Source: an uncultured Acidobacteriota bacterium | GTDB lineage: Bacteria > Acidobacteriota > Vicinamibacteria > Vicinamibacterales > CAVVIG01 | DNA length: 32,000 nucleotides | Direction of reading: 5' to 3' | Assembly (NCBI GenBank): GCA_963724725.1 | Contig: CAVRVT010000004.1 | Location: forward strand, 3,048,892-3,080,891 | Shown here: piece by piece, positions 1-8,336 of the stretch | How positions within the stretch are numbered: position 1 is the first letter of the stretch | Layout of the letters: each line of letters opens with the position of its first letter | Position numbers and translations under genes: made by a program | The notes under the pieces: model-generated | What the model was told of the DNA's origin: nothing | Database searches by the model: none | What the model saw: only the letters and a program-made list of their open reading frames with translations

Positions 1-281
1 GTCAGCGAGAAGAACCTGCCGCCGCTCGATCCGAACGAAAAGGGACATTTCCATCCGGAAAGCGCGGAGTTCTGGCTCGTATTCGCAGGACAGATTCGGT
101 ACGCGTTCGAAGGCCAGGAGCCGTTCGTCGCCAGCGAAGGCGACGTCGTCTACGTGCCGGCCAACACGTGGCACGCCACGCGGTACGTCGGTCCGATCCG
201 GCCTGCCGTCTGTCGATCACCGAATACGTCGGCAACACGCTGCTGCTGGAGCCGGCCGGCGGCCATAGATCGCTCGGCTGA
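1..281 (+). CDS. C-terminal part of a cupin-domain protein (5' end outside window), apparent frameshift near 195-205
   Basis: Frame 1 reads HFHPESAEFWLVFAGQIRYAFEGQEPFVASEGDVVYVPANTWHATRYVGP (cupin-like His and PxxxxH pattern); the plausible tail ACRLSITEYVGNTLLLEPAGGHRSLG* continues in frame 3 to the stop at 279-281. Confidence 0.7.
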   Translation, partial: QREEPAAARSERKGTFPSGKRGVLARIRRTDSVRVRRPGAVRRQRRRRRLRAGQHVARHAVRRSDPACRLSITEYVGNTLLLEPAGGHRSLG

Positions 282-316
282 AGCCTCGCGCTCCGTCGAT
301 TGCTGAAGCGATCGAC

Positions 317-1555
317 TTACTGCGAGTGTCCGCGCGCCGCGATCGCCCAGACGACTTCGACTTTATCGCCGCGCGTACCGTAGATCTGGTCGTACTCGTT
401 GACCGCCGGATCGCAGTGCGGAACGATGAGCTCGAGCTTGTCGCCGACGGTGTAGCTCTTGTTCGCCTTCTCGAACTGGATCGCGCCGAATTCGTCCGAC
501 CCGGCGTTGTATTTGAATCCCGGCTCGCCGATCACGATCGCCGGCGGCTGATTGAGCGTCAGAGCTTTCGCGCCCGCGTCGGTCGTCAGCCGATTCGGGA
601 AGTAAGTGTTCAGCACCGTCGTGATGACCGTCAGCGACGGCGAGAAGTCACTGAAGACTTCTTCGTTCTCCTGCCCGCCGATCTCGAGGTATTGCGCGTC
701 CATGAAGATGTAGCTGCCGGCCTGCACGTCGGTGAAGCCGGGCACCTTCGTCATGATGTTGTAGGTTCCGCTGCCGCCTCCGCTGAAGATCCCCGTATTC
801 AGGCCTGACTTCTTGAACGCCTCGAACGTGCGCATCGACGGCTCGTAGCGCTCGAGCGTCTCCGCATACCGCTTCTTGAACCCCTTGATGTGCTGCGCAC
901 TGCCGTCGTAGCTGATCATGCCGCGCAGCTTCAAATTCGGCAGCTTGTCCACCAACTGCGCAAGTTCGATCGCACGGCTGTCGGCCGGCACACCACTCCG
1001 TGTGCCGACGGCCACGTCGACGACCACGTCGGCGGTCAGACCGAACGCTTTGGCGGCATCGGAGAGGTCGCGCGCGTTCTTCGGGTTGTCCACGGCCTGG
1101 ATGAACTGGGGATTCGCCTTCCGCAGCGTCATCGCGCGGCGGATCTTGTTCGCCGTCACGTTGCTCGTCGTCATCAGGAGGGGCAACACACCGCCGGCAA
1201 ACAGCGCCTCGGCCTCGCTGACCTTGGCGGTGCAGATGCCGATCGATCCGCCGGCCAGCTGCAGCTTCGCGATCTCGGGACATTTGTGCGTCTTCGCGTG
1301 CGGGCGGCTGGCCACGCCCGTGCCGCCCAGGCGCGAGCGGAGCGTAGCGATGTTCCGCTCCATCTTGTCGAGATCGACACAGAGCGCTGGTGTGTCCAGT
1401 TCCCACTTCGATGTGCCGACGACGGATCCGTCGGCGGCCTTCGCCCGCATTTCTTCGGCCGTGTAGCCGCTGACCGGTTTCGGGATCCACATGGTGAGCG
1501 CGCCCGTGCCGACCGCCTGCAGAAGCCCGCGCCGCGAGACAGGTGTCGTGGTCAT
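317..1555 (-). CDS. D-threonine aldolase / DSD1-family PLP-dependent enzyme (alanine racemase N-terminal-like fold) with twin-arginine-like signal
   Basis: Translated ORF MTTTPVSRRGLLQAVGTGAL... then TPALCVDLDKMERNIATLRSRL...RPHAKTHKCPEIAKLQLAGG...GICTAKVSEAEAL, typical of the family; start placed at internal ATG before the RR motif. Confidence 0.85.
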   Translation of the reverse strand: MTTTPVSRRGLLQAVGTGALTMWIPKPVSGYTAEEMRAKAADGSVVGTSKWELDTPALCVDLDKMERNIATLRSRLGGTGVASRPHAKTHKCPEIAKLQLAGGSIGICTAKVSEAEALFAGGVLPLLMTTSNVTANKIRRAMTLRKANPQFIQAVDNPKNARDLSDAAKAFGLTADVVVDVAVGTRSGVPADSRAIELAQLVDKLPNLKLRGMISYDGSAQHIKGFKKRYAETLERYEPSMRTFEAFKKSGLNTGIFSGGGSGTYNIMTKVPGFTDVQAGSYIFMDAQYLEIGGQENEEVFSDFSPSLTVITTVLNTYFPNRLTTDAGAKALTLNQPPAIVIGEPGFKYNAGSDEFGAIQFEKANKSYTVGDKLELIVPHCDPAVNEYDQIYGTRGDKVEVVWAIAARGHSQ

Positions 1556-1692
1556 GTCGTCGGCCACTCCTTTTCGCCACGAATCTTCGCATCTTTCGCG
1601 GCCGTCGTCACTACGCATTTCGCTCGGCTCAAGCCTCGCGCTCCTCCTGATGCCTCGCGCTCTGCGCCGATTTCTGCGAAGATTCGGGCGCT

Positions 1693-3309
1693 ATGACTGC
1701 ACTCCTCCTTCCCCTGGTCCTGACCTACGCGGTCTCGGCCGCAGCCCCGGTCACAGCCGAGAGCAAGACCATCGACGTCGACGTGGCCACGGTTGCCGAC
1801 CTCAATGCGGCGTTCGACGCGGGCACCCTGACGGCGGAAAAACTGGTCCAGATCTGCCTGGCGCGCATTCAGGCCTACGACCGGCAGGGACCGTCGCTGC
1901 ATGCGGTCATCGCGCTGAACCCGAAAGCGCTCGAAACCGCACGCGCGCTCGATGCCGAGCGCCGGACGAAAGGGCCGCGGTCGCCCCTGCACGGCATCCC
2001 GGTGGTTCTCAAGGACAACTACGACACGTCCGACCTGCCCACGACGGGCGGATCGATCCTGCTGGAGGGCTGGATTCCTCCGAGCGATGCGTTCGTCGTC
2101 AGGAAGCTGCGCGACGCGGGCGCGATCATCCTGGCCAAGATGAACATGTCGGAGTTCGCGTCGGGCGGGGCCCATAGTTCGCTCGGGGGCCAGTCGCTCA
2201 ACCCCCACGACCTCGTCCGCACGCCGTCCGGGTCGTCGGGCGGCACCGGCGTCGCGATCGCCGCCGCGTACGCGCCAATCGGAATGGGGACCGACACGGG
2301 CGGATCGATTCGTGGGCCGTCCACGTCGAACGGGATCGTCGGGCTGAAGCCCACGCACGGACTGCTGAGCCGCAGCGGCATCATTCCGCTCGCGCTGACG
2401 TTCGATACGGGCGGGCCGATGGCGCGCAGCGTCTACGACGTCGCGGTCGCACTCGGCGTCATGACCGGCGTCGACCCGGCCGACGCCGCGACGGCCAAGA
2501 GCGCGGGCAAGTCGGAAACGGACTACACGCGATTCCTGAAGACTGACGCGCTCAAGGGGGCGCGCATCGGTGTCGCACGCGACTTTCTCGGCGCGGACCC
2601 TGACGTGGACTGGGTCGTGGACGCCGCGCTCGACGCGATGAAGAAGGCCGGCGCCACGCTAGTCGACGTGCGCTATCCGAAATGGCTGCTCGACTCGAAG
2701 GGCGAGTTCTACACGTCGGTCCGCTACCCGGAATTCCGCGCGCAGATTGCAGAGTATCTGTCGCGCACAGGACCGAAATACCCGAAGACGCTCGACGAGA
2801 TGATCGAGCGATCCAATCAGTTCAATGCCGTGCGAGCCGACGGCGCCGGTCCGAATCCGAGCCGCTGGAACCTGTTCAAGCGCGAAGCGGCGAGCGTCGG
2901 CCTGGACGACTACCGCTACACGGCCGTCCGGGATTTCGCTCTTCCCATGATACGGGCAATCGTCGAAGGCATCTTCGCGGCGCAGAAGGTCGACGCCATT
3001 GTGTATCCCACGTCTTCGCGCAAGCCCGGGCTGATTGCCGCGCCGGCGCCGCCGGCGAATCCGACCGCGATTCTCGCCGACATGGGACTCTCGGCAACCG
3101 ACATCGCGAACCTGACGGGCTTCCCGGATTTGATCGTGCCGGCCGGCTTCACTGGCGACAACCTGCCGGTGGGTCTCTCATTCCTCGGTCCTGCGTTCAG
3201 CGAGCAAAAGCTCCTCGCGCTCGGTTTCAGCTTCGAGCAGGCGACGCACGCGCGGCGACTGCCCGTGCATGCGCCACCCCGATCTGGGGAGAAGATCACG
3301 GTGCGTTGA
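1693..3309 (+). CDS. Amidase (amidase signature family) with N-terminal signal peptide
   Basis: HGIPVVLKDNYDTSDLPTTGGS, GGAHSSLGGQSLNPHDLVRTPSGSSGGTGVAIAAAYAPIGMGTDTGGSIRGPS: Ser-Ser-Lys amidase signature; hydrophobic N-terminus. Confidence 0.93.
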   Translation: MTALLLPLVLTYAVSAAAPVTAESKTIDVDVATVADLNAAFDAGTLTAEKLVQICLARIQAYDRQGPSLHAVIALNPKALETARALDAERRTKGPRSPLHGIPVVLKDNYDTSDLPTTGGSILLEGWIPPSDAFVVRKLRDAGAIILAKMNMSEFASGGAHSSLGGQSLNPHDLVRTPSGSSGGTGVAIAAAYAPIGMGTDTGGSIRGPSTSNGIVGLKPTHGLLSRSGIIPLALTFDTGGPMARSVYDVAVALGVMTGVDPADAATAKSAGKSETDYTRFLKTDALKGARIGVARDFLGADPDVDWVVDAALDAMKKAGATLVDVRYPKWLLDSKGEFYTSVRYPEFRAQIAEYLSRTGPKYPKTLDEMIERSNQFNAVRADGAGPNPSRWNLFKREAASVGLDDYRYTAVRDFALPMIRAIVEGIFAAQKVDAIVYPTSSRKPGLIAAPAPPANPTAILADMGLSATDIANLTGFPDLIVPAGFTGDNLPVGLSFLGPAFSEQKLLALGFSFEQATHARRLPVHAPPRSGEKITVR

Positions 3310-3391
3310 CGCTCGGCTGAAGCCTCGCGCTCCCTTATCTGTCTCGCGCTCCCTTATCTGTCTCGCGCTCCGTTATCGGTAAGGAGCGCGA
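3310..3391. repeat. REP-like element followed by 19-bp tandem repeats (ctcgcgctcccttatctgt) and a 9-bp inverted repeat (tcgcgctcc/ggagcgcga); possible terminator
   Basis: Direct reading: repeated 'tctcgcgctcccttatctg' units; tcgcgctcc (3363-3371) pairs perfectly with ggagcgcga (3383-3391). Confidence 0.75.
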
Positions 3392-3478
3392 CGCCTTTAG
3401 GCGAGCGCCAGTGCAGGGCGTCTTGGCGCTGCCCTTGCAGCATGACTGGTGAACTCGCAGTCCAGTGGAGGAATCGCC

Positions 3479-3976
3479 ATGTTCTCGCTGACGGTCCTGG
3501 ATCACATCCGTCTCGATTCCGAACATGTCGCGCAGAATTACACGATCCACGCCCGCGCCGCCGACCGCCTGGCCCGGCTGGCGTTCGGCTTCAGAATGCT
3601 GATGGCCGTGCTCCTGGCGGCGGCAGCGGCCGCCTGCATCATCGGCCTGCTGATGCCGGCGCGCTTCTATCAGATCACCGCGACGGTCGCGACATCGGTC
3701 GCGGCCATCGGCTTTGCACTCTACTCGGTGCTCGGTCTTGAGGGCCGCGTCACCGCGCACCGGGCGTTCGCGCACCGGCTGTGGCTGGCCTCCGAACGCT
3801 ACCGATCGTTGATCGCCGAGGCCGACCAGGGCCTCGTGAATCCTGACGCGTTGCTGCAGCGGCGCGACCGCCTGATCGAGGACGTGCACGCGATCTACGA
3901 GCGCGGGTTCGCCGTCGATCAACCGGCCTATGAAAGCGCGCGCCTGCCCGCCATTCCGGGCGAACGCGCCGCATGA
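3479..3976 (+). CDS. Small protein with two predicted TM helices, SLATT-like architecture
   Basis: GGAGG 7 nt before ATG 3479; two adjacent hydrophobic segments (FRMLMAVLLAAAAAACIIGLL; YQITATVATSVAAIGFALYSVL) followed by a helical charged tail AHRLWLASERYRSLIAEADQGLVNPDALLQRRDRLIEDVHAIYERGFAVDQPAYESARLPA. Confidence 0.7.
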   Translation: MFSLTVLDHIRLDSEHVAQNYTIHARAADRLARLAFGFRMLMAVLLAAAAAACIIGLLMPARFYQITATVATSVAAIGFALYSVLGLEGRVTAHRAFAHRLWLASERYRSLIAEADQGLVNPDALLQRRDRLIEDVHAIYERGFAVDQPAYESARLPAIPGERAA

Positions 3977-4044
3977 ACATCTCGCATCGTCACGGCGCTG
4001 AAAACGACCGGTGATCGCCGCAGCCAGCGAGGTATCGTGAGGGA

Positions 4045-4968
4045 GTGATCGACTGGCTTCTTCTCGTGCTTCCCGGGCTGATCTGGGGTGCGTCGTTCCT
4101 GTTCATCGCCGAAGGCCTCGACGCCATGGCGCCAAACGGCGTCACCTTCACGCGGATCGCGATCGGTTTCATCACGCTCGCGCTCGTTCCGACCGCGCGG
4201 CGGTCGATTCAGCGGTCCGACTGGGGGCCGACGCTCGCCCTCGGCGTTCTCTGGCTCGCCTTTCCGCTCAGCATGTTTCCGTTTGCGGAACAGCACGTGT
4301 CGTCGGCGTTGACGGGCATGCTGAACGGCGCGACGCCGCTGTTCGCGGCGGCCGTGGCGAGTCTCGTCGCGCGACAGTTCCCTGCCCGCGCGGTTGTGCT
4401 CGGCCTGGTGGTCGGCTTTGTCGGAACCGTGATCACGGCCGTCCCGGGGTTCGACGGCACGCACGGGTCGCCGCAGCAGGCGCTTGGCGTCGCGCTGATC
4501 CTGGCCGCGCTGGTGTCGTACGGCTTCGCGATCAACCTTGCACGGCCGCTGCAGCAGCGCAACGGCGCGCTCCCCGTGATCTGGCGGTCGCTCGGTGTAG
4601 CGGTGCTGCTGACCGCGCCACTCGGCGCGCCGGCGCTCGTTCGCGCGCACTGGTCGTGGCGATCGCTCGTCGCGATGATCCTCCTCGGCGCCTTCGGTAC
4701 CGCACTTGCCCACGTCATGGCCGCCACGGCCGCTGGTCGAATGGGCGCGACCCGCGCGTCGGCGACGACGTTTCTCATGCCGGTCGTTGCGCTCGTGCTC
4801 GGCGTCACGATTCGCGGCGAGCACGTGCAGCTCGTGTCTGTTATCGGCGCCGCGATATGCCTGGTGGGCGCATGGGTGATTCGGTACGCAGGGCTCCGCG
4901 ACGCACGTTCGGTAGCGGCGGCTCCTCGTCAGATGATCGAAGGAAACGGCAGTCGCGTCAGCGCGTGA
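4045..4968 (+). CDS. EamA/DMT family transporter
   Basis: 307 aa, ~10 hydrophobic segments, WGASFLFIAEGLDAMAPNGVTFTRIAIG and internal-duplication pattern of EamA proteins; GTG start at 4045. Confidence 0.88.
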   Translation: MIDWLLLVLPGLIWGASFLFIAEGLDAMAPNGVTFTRIAIGFITLALVPTARRSIQRSDWGPTLALGVLWLAFPLSMFPFAEQHVSSALTGMLNGATPLFAAAVASLVARQFPARAVVLGLVVGFVGTVITAVPGFDGTHGSPQQALGVALILAALVSYGFAINLARPLQQRNGALPVIWRSLGVAVLLTAPLGAPALVRAHWSWRSLVAMILLGAFGTALAHVMAATAAGRMGATRASATTFLMPVVALVLGVTIRGEHVQLVSVIGAAICLVGAWVIRYAGLRDARSVAAAPRQMIEGNGSRVSA

Positions 4969-6127
4969 CGATGATGGTCAGTTCTTCGTCGGAGACGAGC
5001 GCGCCATCGTCGGCACGGCAGCGCAGCACGTAGGTACCGGGCTCGCTGAACGTCACCGTGACCGGCTGCTTTCCGTCGGCCGGAATCGGCGGTGGCATCC
5101 AAATCGGCGCCCACGGCGAGTTGGCGCCCGCGCGCGTGTCCTCCCAGGCCTTCACCTGAGGAGGATCGAACGTCACGGTGCCGGGGCCTCGATAGAGGAA
5201 CCACGTGACGTGCAGGCCGACGTTCTTGCCGACAGTGATCCGTACCGGCGGTGACGAGGCTGCACGGGCGATGAGCGCGCCCGTGTTGTCGCCGCTCACG
5301 CCACCTGCGCCCGTCGCGCGAACCGCCGCACCAGCGCCGGCGCCTCGACGCTTCGGAATCCCGTCGTCCTTGACTTCCGAGACGAGCGTCACCTGCTGAC
5401 CGACCTTGATGTTGCGCGTGTTCGCCTCGACGATGCGCAGGAGCGGCGGCTTGTTGGAGCGCACTTCGGGGCTGCTGGTTCCGGCGCCGAGTGCGCCGGT
5501 CTCCGACGCCTTGACGACGTCGTCCAGGATGTAGTCAGGGCGAAGCGTCGCGTACGCTTTCTCGGTCGCGCCGTGCGATTTGAGGGTCCAGATGAGCTCG
5601 TCCTTCTCGCCGAAGCCAGCCGGGACGCGGACCTTGAAGATGAATCTGTTGCGGCGCGGGAGGAAGTGCGTCGGCTGTCCCTGGTCGAATCCCACACCGG
5701 GGGCCCCAGCCCCCCGGTCTCCCACACCGGGGACCCCAGCCCCCCGGTCTCCCACACCGGGAGCCCCAGCCCCCCGGGCGCCACCGACGTTGAACCCGTT
5801 GTCGGGACCGATCGGCAGGTCGATTTCTTCTTCCCAGTTGCGATTCATGTAGCCGAACACGAAGTACTTCGTGCCGTCGGCGGCCTGCTCCCATCCCTCG
5901 TACGCCGGCGCCACACTCTGGCCCTTCGTGTAGGACAGTGACTGCGCGCCCGCTGCGGTGGCGAACGCGAGCAGAAGGAGGGCGCACGCCCCATTGCGGA
6001 ATGCGGAACGCGGAATGCGGATTGATTGTCGATTGTCGATTGGTTGCGGAGCGGACTTCGACCTGCAAGTCCGCGCGCTCGTTCCAATCCACAACCCGCA
6101 ATCCGCAATCCGCATTGTCACTGTCAC
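4958..6127 (-). CDS. Secreted hypothetical protein; start uncertain because the first ~40 codons are repeat-derived
   Basis: 389-aa ORF beginning GTG at 6127; signal-peptide-like RNGACALLLLAFATAAGAQ, GAGxPGVGDR repeats, C-terminal KQPVTVTFSEPGTYVLRCRADDGALVSDEELTIIV beta-sandwich-like end. Confidence 0.7.
   Translation of the reverse strand: MTVTMRIADCGLWIGTSARTCRSKSAPQPIDNRQSIRIPRSAFRNGACALLLLAFATAAGAQSLSYTKGQSVAPAYEGWEQAADGTKYFVFGYMNRNWEEEIDLPIGPDNGFNVGGARGAGAPGVGDRGAGVPGVGDRGAGAPGVGFDQGQPTHFLPRRNRFIFKVRVPAGFGEKDELIWTLKSHGATEKAYATLRPDYILDDVVKASETGALGAGTSSPEVRSNKPPLLRIVEANTRNIKVGQQVTLVSEVKDDGIPKRRGAGAGAAVRATGAGGVSGDNTGALIARAASSPPVRITVGKNVGLHVTWFLYRGPGTVTFDPPQVKAWEDTRAGANSPWAPIWMPPPIPADGKQPVTVTFSEPGTYVLRCRADDGALVSDEELTIIVTR
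5691..5780. repeat. 3 x 30-bp tandem repeat encoding GAGAPGVGDR-type decapeptides
   Basis: Three consecutive 30-mers starting cccacaccgg (5691, 5721, 5751), differing at few positions. Confidence 0.95.
5990..6119. repeat. Intergenic-type GCGGAATGCGGATTG ... CAATCCGCAATCCGC inverted repeat element, containing gcggactt/aagtccgc hairpin
   Basis: Direct reading of short iterated motifs in opposite orientation; central perfect 8-bp stem 6051-6058 / 6067-6074. Confidence 0.7.
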
Positions 6128-7602
6128 TGCTGCTGTCCTCCCGCTGTTTTGGCCGGCGCCGGCGGAACGAGACAGAGCGGGCAGCCGATGACGTTGTCGT
6201 TCTTCGTCAGGTGCAGATGCTCGCGCCGCTTCGCCATCTCCTCCTGGAACTGCTCGTCGGTCAACGCCACGCGCATGCCGAGGTCGATGAACATGTTCGC
6301 GACCGAACGATTACCCGATCCCTGCCAGTTGCGCGGATCCGGCACGTTCTTGTTCGACGGCGAGTTATCCATGTACCCGATGATGTGAAGGATGGTGCCC
6401 TTCGGCAGGAGCGGCGCTGAATCGTCGGTGTAGTCGTAGCCGCGCACCCAGTTGTGGTCGTATCCGACGCAGTTCAGCGTCTGGATGTTGTAGCCCCAGA
6501 TCGCTTCGAGACACATGCGGGCGCCCGGCGCATGGAGATGCGGTTCGAACGAGATGATCTTCGTGTGCTGCTGCAGCACGGTGTAGGCATGCAGCTGCTG
6601 GTTCGCTTCCATCCCCCTGATGTCGATGTCCACGCCGTTGCCGAGACCGAAGACGGCGCGCTTGTAGGTCGGCTTGTAGTCCTTCGGCATCAGCTTGAAG
6701 CCGATCTCGAGGTGCGCGCGGGTGTCACGTCCGTTCGAGTGCAGGTGGATGGAATCCGACACGATGCTGGAGCCGGCTTTCAGGAGGCGCGCCGACTTCG
6801 GGTCGAAGAAGTCCGCGTTACGCCCCACTTCGTGGACCGGCCAGTTCACACTCTCCTCGTCCGCCAGGATCGACGGCGCGTCCGGAATCTGATCGCCTTT
6901 CGACGGATCGAGCACCTGCGTCCGCCAGATCATGTGGTGGAAGACGAAACGGCCACCGACGGTCGCGCGGTTCCCCTTGGCTGCCGCCGATTCGACGTCG
7001 TTCACTTCCTTGATTTCGAGGGCGGCAACGTAGCGATCCTCGGTGAGCCCGGTCGGCACACTCGGAATCTCGCCCCACCAGTCCGGAGCATCGCCCTTCA
7101 CCACGAGCTCTTTGGTCTTGATGATCAGATCGGGCGTCCCAATCGCCCACGCTGCGTTGTCCGCCCACGTGCGCGGAGGCGGCATGTCGGCCGGGTTGCC
7201 GCGCGGCGAACCGGCGTCCACCCACTTGGCGATCATCGCGATCTCCCCGTCGCTGAGCGACGGATCGTTGTGGAACTGCTGGATGCCGATGTTTTTCTCG
7301 ACGTACCACGGCGGCATCACGCCGGCTTTCGGACCAAGCCCGGTCTTCAACTTGATCGATCGCGACCACGGCCGGACGTCGTCGTAGGTAACGAGCGACA
7401 TCGGCGCGACGCCATCGGGCCGGTGGCAATTCTGGCAGCTGCGCTGCAGAATCGGTGCGATGTCCTTGGAGAAGGTGACGTCACCAGCCGCCTGACCGGC
7501 CTGCGCCCGCACGCCCGCGGGAGCCGTCAGGCCAACCGCCGCCGAGAGGACCACTGCCAGGCCAATCGAGAGCTTCCAGCCGAGGGGGTGTCCAAGCCGC
7601 AT
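6124..7602 (-). CDS. Secreted c-type cytochrome / copper type II ascorbate-dependent monooxygenase-like protein
   Basis: Signal peptide, FSKDIAPILQRSCQNCHRPDG (CxxCH), PHLHAPGARMCLEA HxH copper-like motif and LNCVGYDHNWVRGYDY; ATG at 7602 with GGAG upstream. Confidence 0.82.
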   Translation of the reverse strand: MRLGHPLGWKLSIGLAVVLSAAVGLTAPAGVRAQAGQAAGDVTFSKDIAPILQRSCQNCHRPDGVAPMSLVTYDDVRPWSRSIKLKTGLGPKAGVMPPWYVEKNIGIQQFHNDPSLSDGEIAMIAKWVDAGSPRGNPADMPPPRTWADNAAWAIGTPDLIIKTKELVVKGDAPDWWGEIPSVPTGLTEDRYVAALEIKEVNDVESAAAKGNRATVGGRFVFHHMIWRTQVLDPSKGDQIPDAPSILADEESVNWPVHEVGRNADFFDPKSARLLKAGSSIVSDSIHLHSNGRDTRAHLEIGFKLMPKDYKPTYKRAVFGLGNGVDIDIRGMEANQQLHAYTVLQQHTKIISFEPHLHAPGARMCLEAIWGYNIQTLNCVGYDHNWVRGYDYTDDSAPLLPKGTILHIIGYMDNSPSNKNVPDPRNWQGSGNRSVANMFIDLGMRVALTDEQFQEEMAKRREHLHLTKNDNVIGCPLCLVPPAPAKTAGGQQQ

Positions 7603-7689
7603 CACAGTCTCCTTCGTGGGTGAAGACACACGTCCGACCATTGATTTTAGCTGGATCCGGCTCTGCTGGCGAGGGGGGAATACCCGGGA

Positions 7690-7724
7690 GAAGCCACGAA
7701 GGCATTTCGTGTCTTCGTGGCTTT
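7690..7724 (-). terminator. Hairpin between genes, candidate intrinsic terminator for the 7757-8173 gene
   Basis: aagccacgaag (7691-7701) / cttcgtggctt (7713-7723): perfect 11-bp stem, 11-nt loop; poly-U tract weak. Confidence 0.4.
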
Positions 7725-7756
7725 CTGGGTTCGTGGCTTCGCGGCCCGCGACCTAG

Positions 7757-8173
7757 TCAGGGCGTCACTGACGACGCCGTCGCTCCCTGCACGCGCACCA
7801 GCTCACTTTCCATGATCTTCGACGTCAGCGGTATCTCCCGCGCCAACCCGCCTTCGCTCGCGACCCTGGAGAGGAAGTACCGATTCTCGAACTTCTCGAA
7901 CACCAGCTCCGTTTGCGAGGGTCGCGGCGCGGTCGCCGCGATCGTCAGCGCGAACGCGCACTGCCGGCCGTCAGCGCTCTCGATCGACAGCAGACCCTGG
8001 TTGTCGCTCGCATCTTCCGTCACCACGTAGTTGCCGGCTGGCAACTCGGTAGTGCCCACGATGAAATCGAACGGGACGCGCACGACGACTCGCTCGCCGG
8101 CTCGCGCCACGCTGGCGGCGCCGAGGCCGAGCAACGCCACGATCATTCCTCGCACGATGTTGGACGTCTTCAT
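7757..8173 (-). CDS. Secreted hypothetical protein
   Basis: 138 aa, signal peptide MKTSNIVRGMIVALLGLGAASVARA, compact conserved-looking ERVVVRVPFDFIVGTTELPAGNYVVTED. Confidence 0.78.
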   Translation of the reverse strand: MKTSNIVRGMIVALLGLGAASVARAGERVVVRVPFDFIVGTTELPAGNYVVTEDASDNQGLLSIESADGRQCAFALTIAATAPRPSQTELVFEKFENRYFLSRVASEGGLAREIPLTSKIMESELVRVQGATASSVTP

Positions 8174-8336
8174 GGTTTCCTCACTTTCATCCTTGTGGCG
8201 CTGACTTCATTCAGTTGGACGGGACGACCACGACACGCCTGTGATGAAGACGTGAAACAACCGTGACAGCGCGTGATCGGCGCGCACGGGCGCGACGGCT
8301 GTGAAATTCTTTAGGTGTGCGAGGCGTAGCCACAGT

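Noticed and set aside
326-2384. Long antisense ORFs opposite the aldolase and amidase genes (e.g. 890..1696, 1552..2358)
   Set aside because: Arg/Pro/Ala-rich low-information translations antisense to clear genes; expected shadow ORFs in high-GC DNA.
3324-3391. Possible CRISPR-like array (19-bp repeats)
   Set aside because: Units are directly abutting without variable spacers, fewer than four copies; simple tandem repeat.
3335-3922. 195-aa minus-strand ORF opposite the 2-TM gene
   Set aside because: Shadow frame of the plus-strand gene, no start signal or domain.
3479-3976. SLATT-like protein as part of a CBASS-like defence system
   Set aside because: No nucleotidyltransferase, SLOG, TIR or nuclease gene next to it; neighbours are an amidase and an EamA transporter.
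6454-7623. 389-aa plus-strand ORF opposite the copper/cytochrome gene
   Set aside because: Antisense to a gene with strong motifs; composition typical of shadow ORFs.
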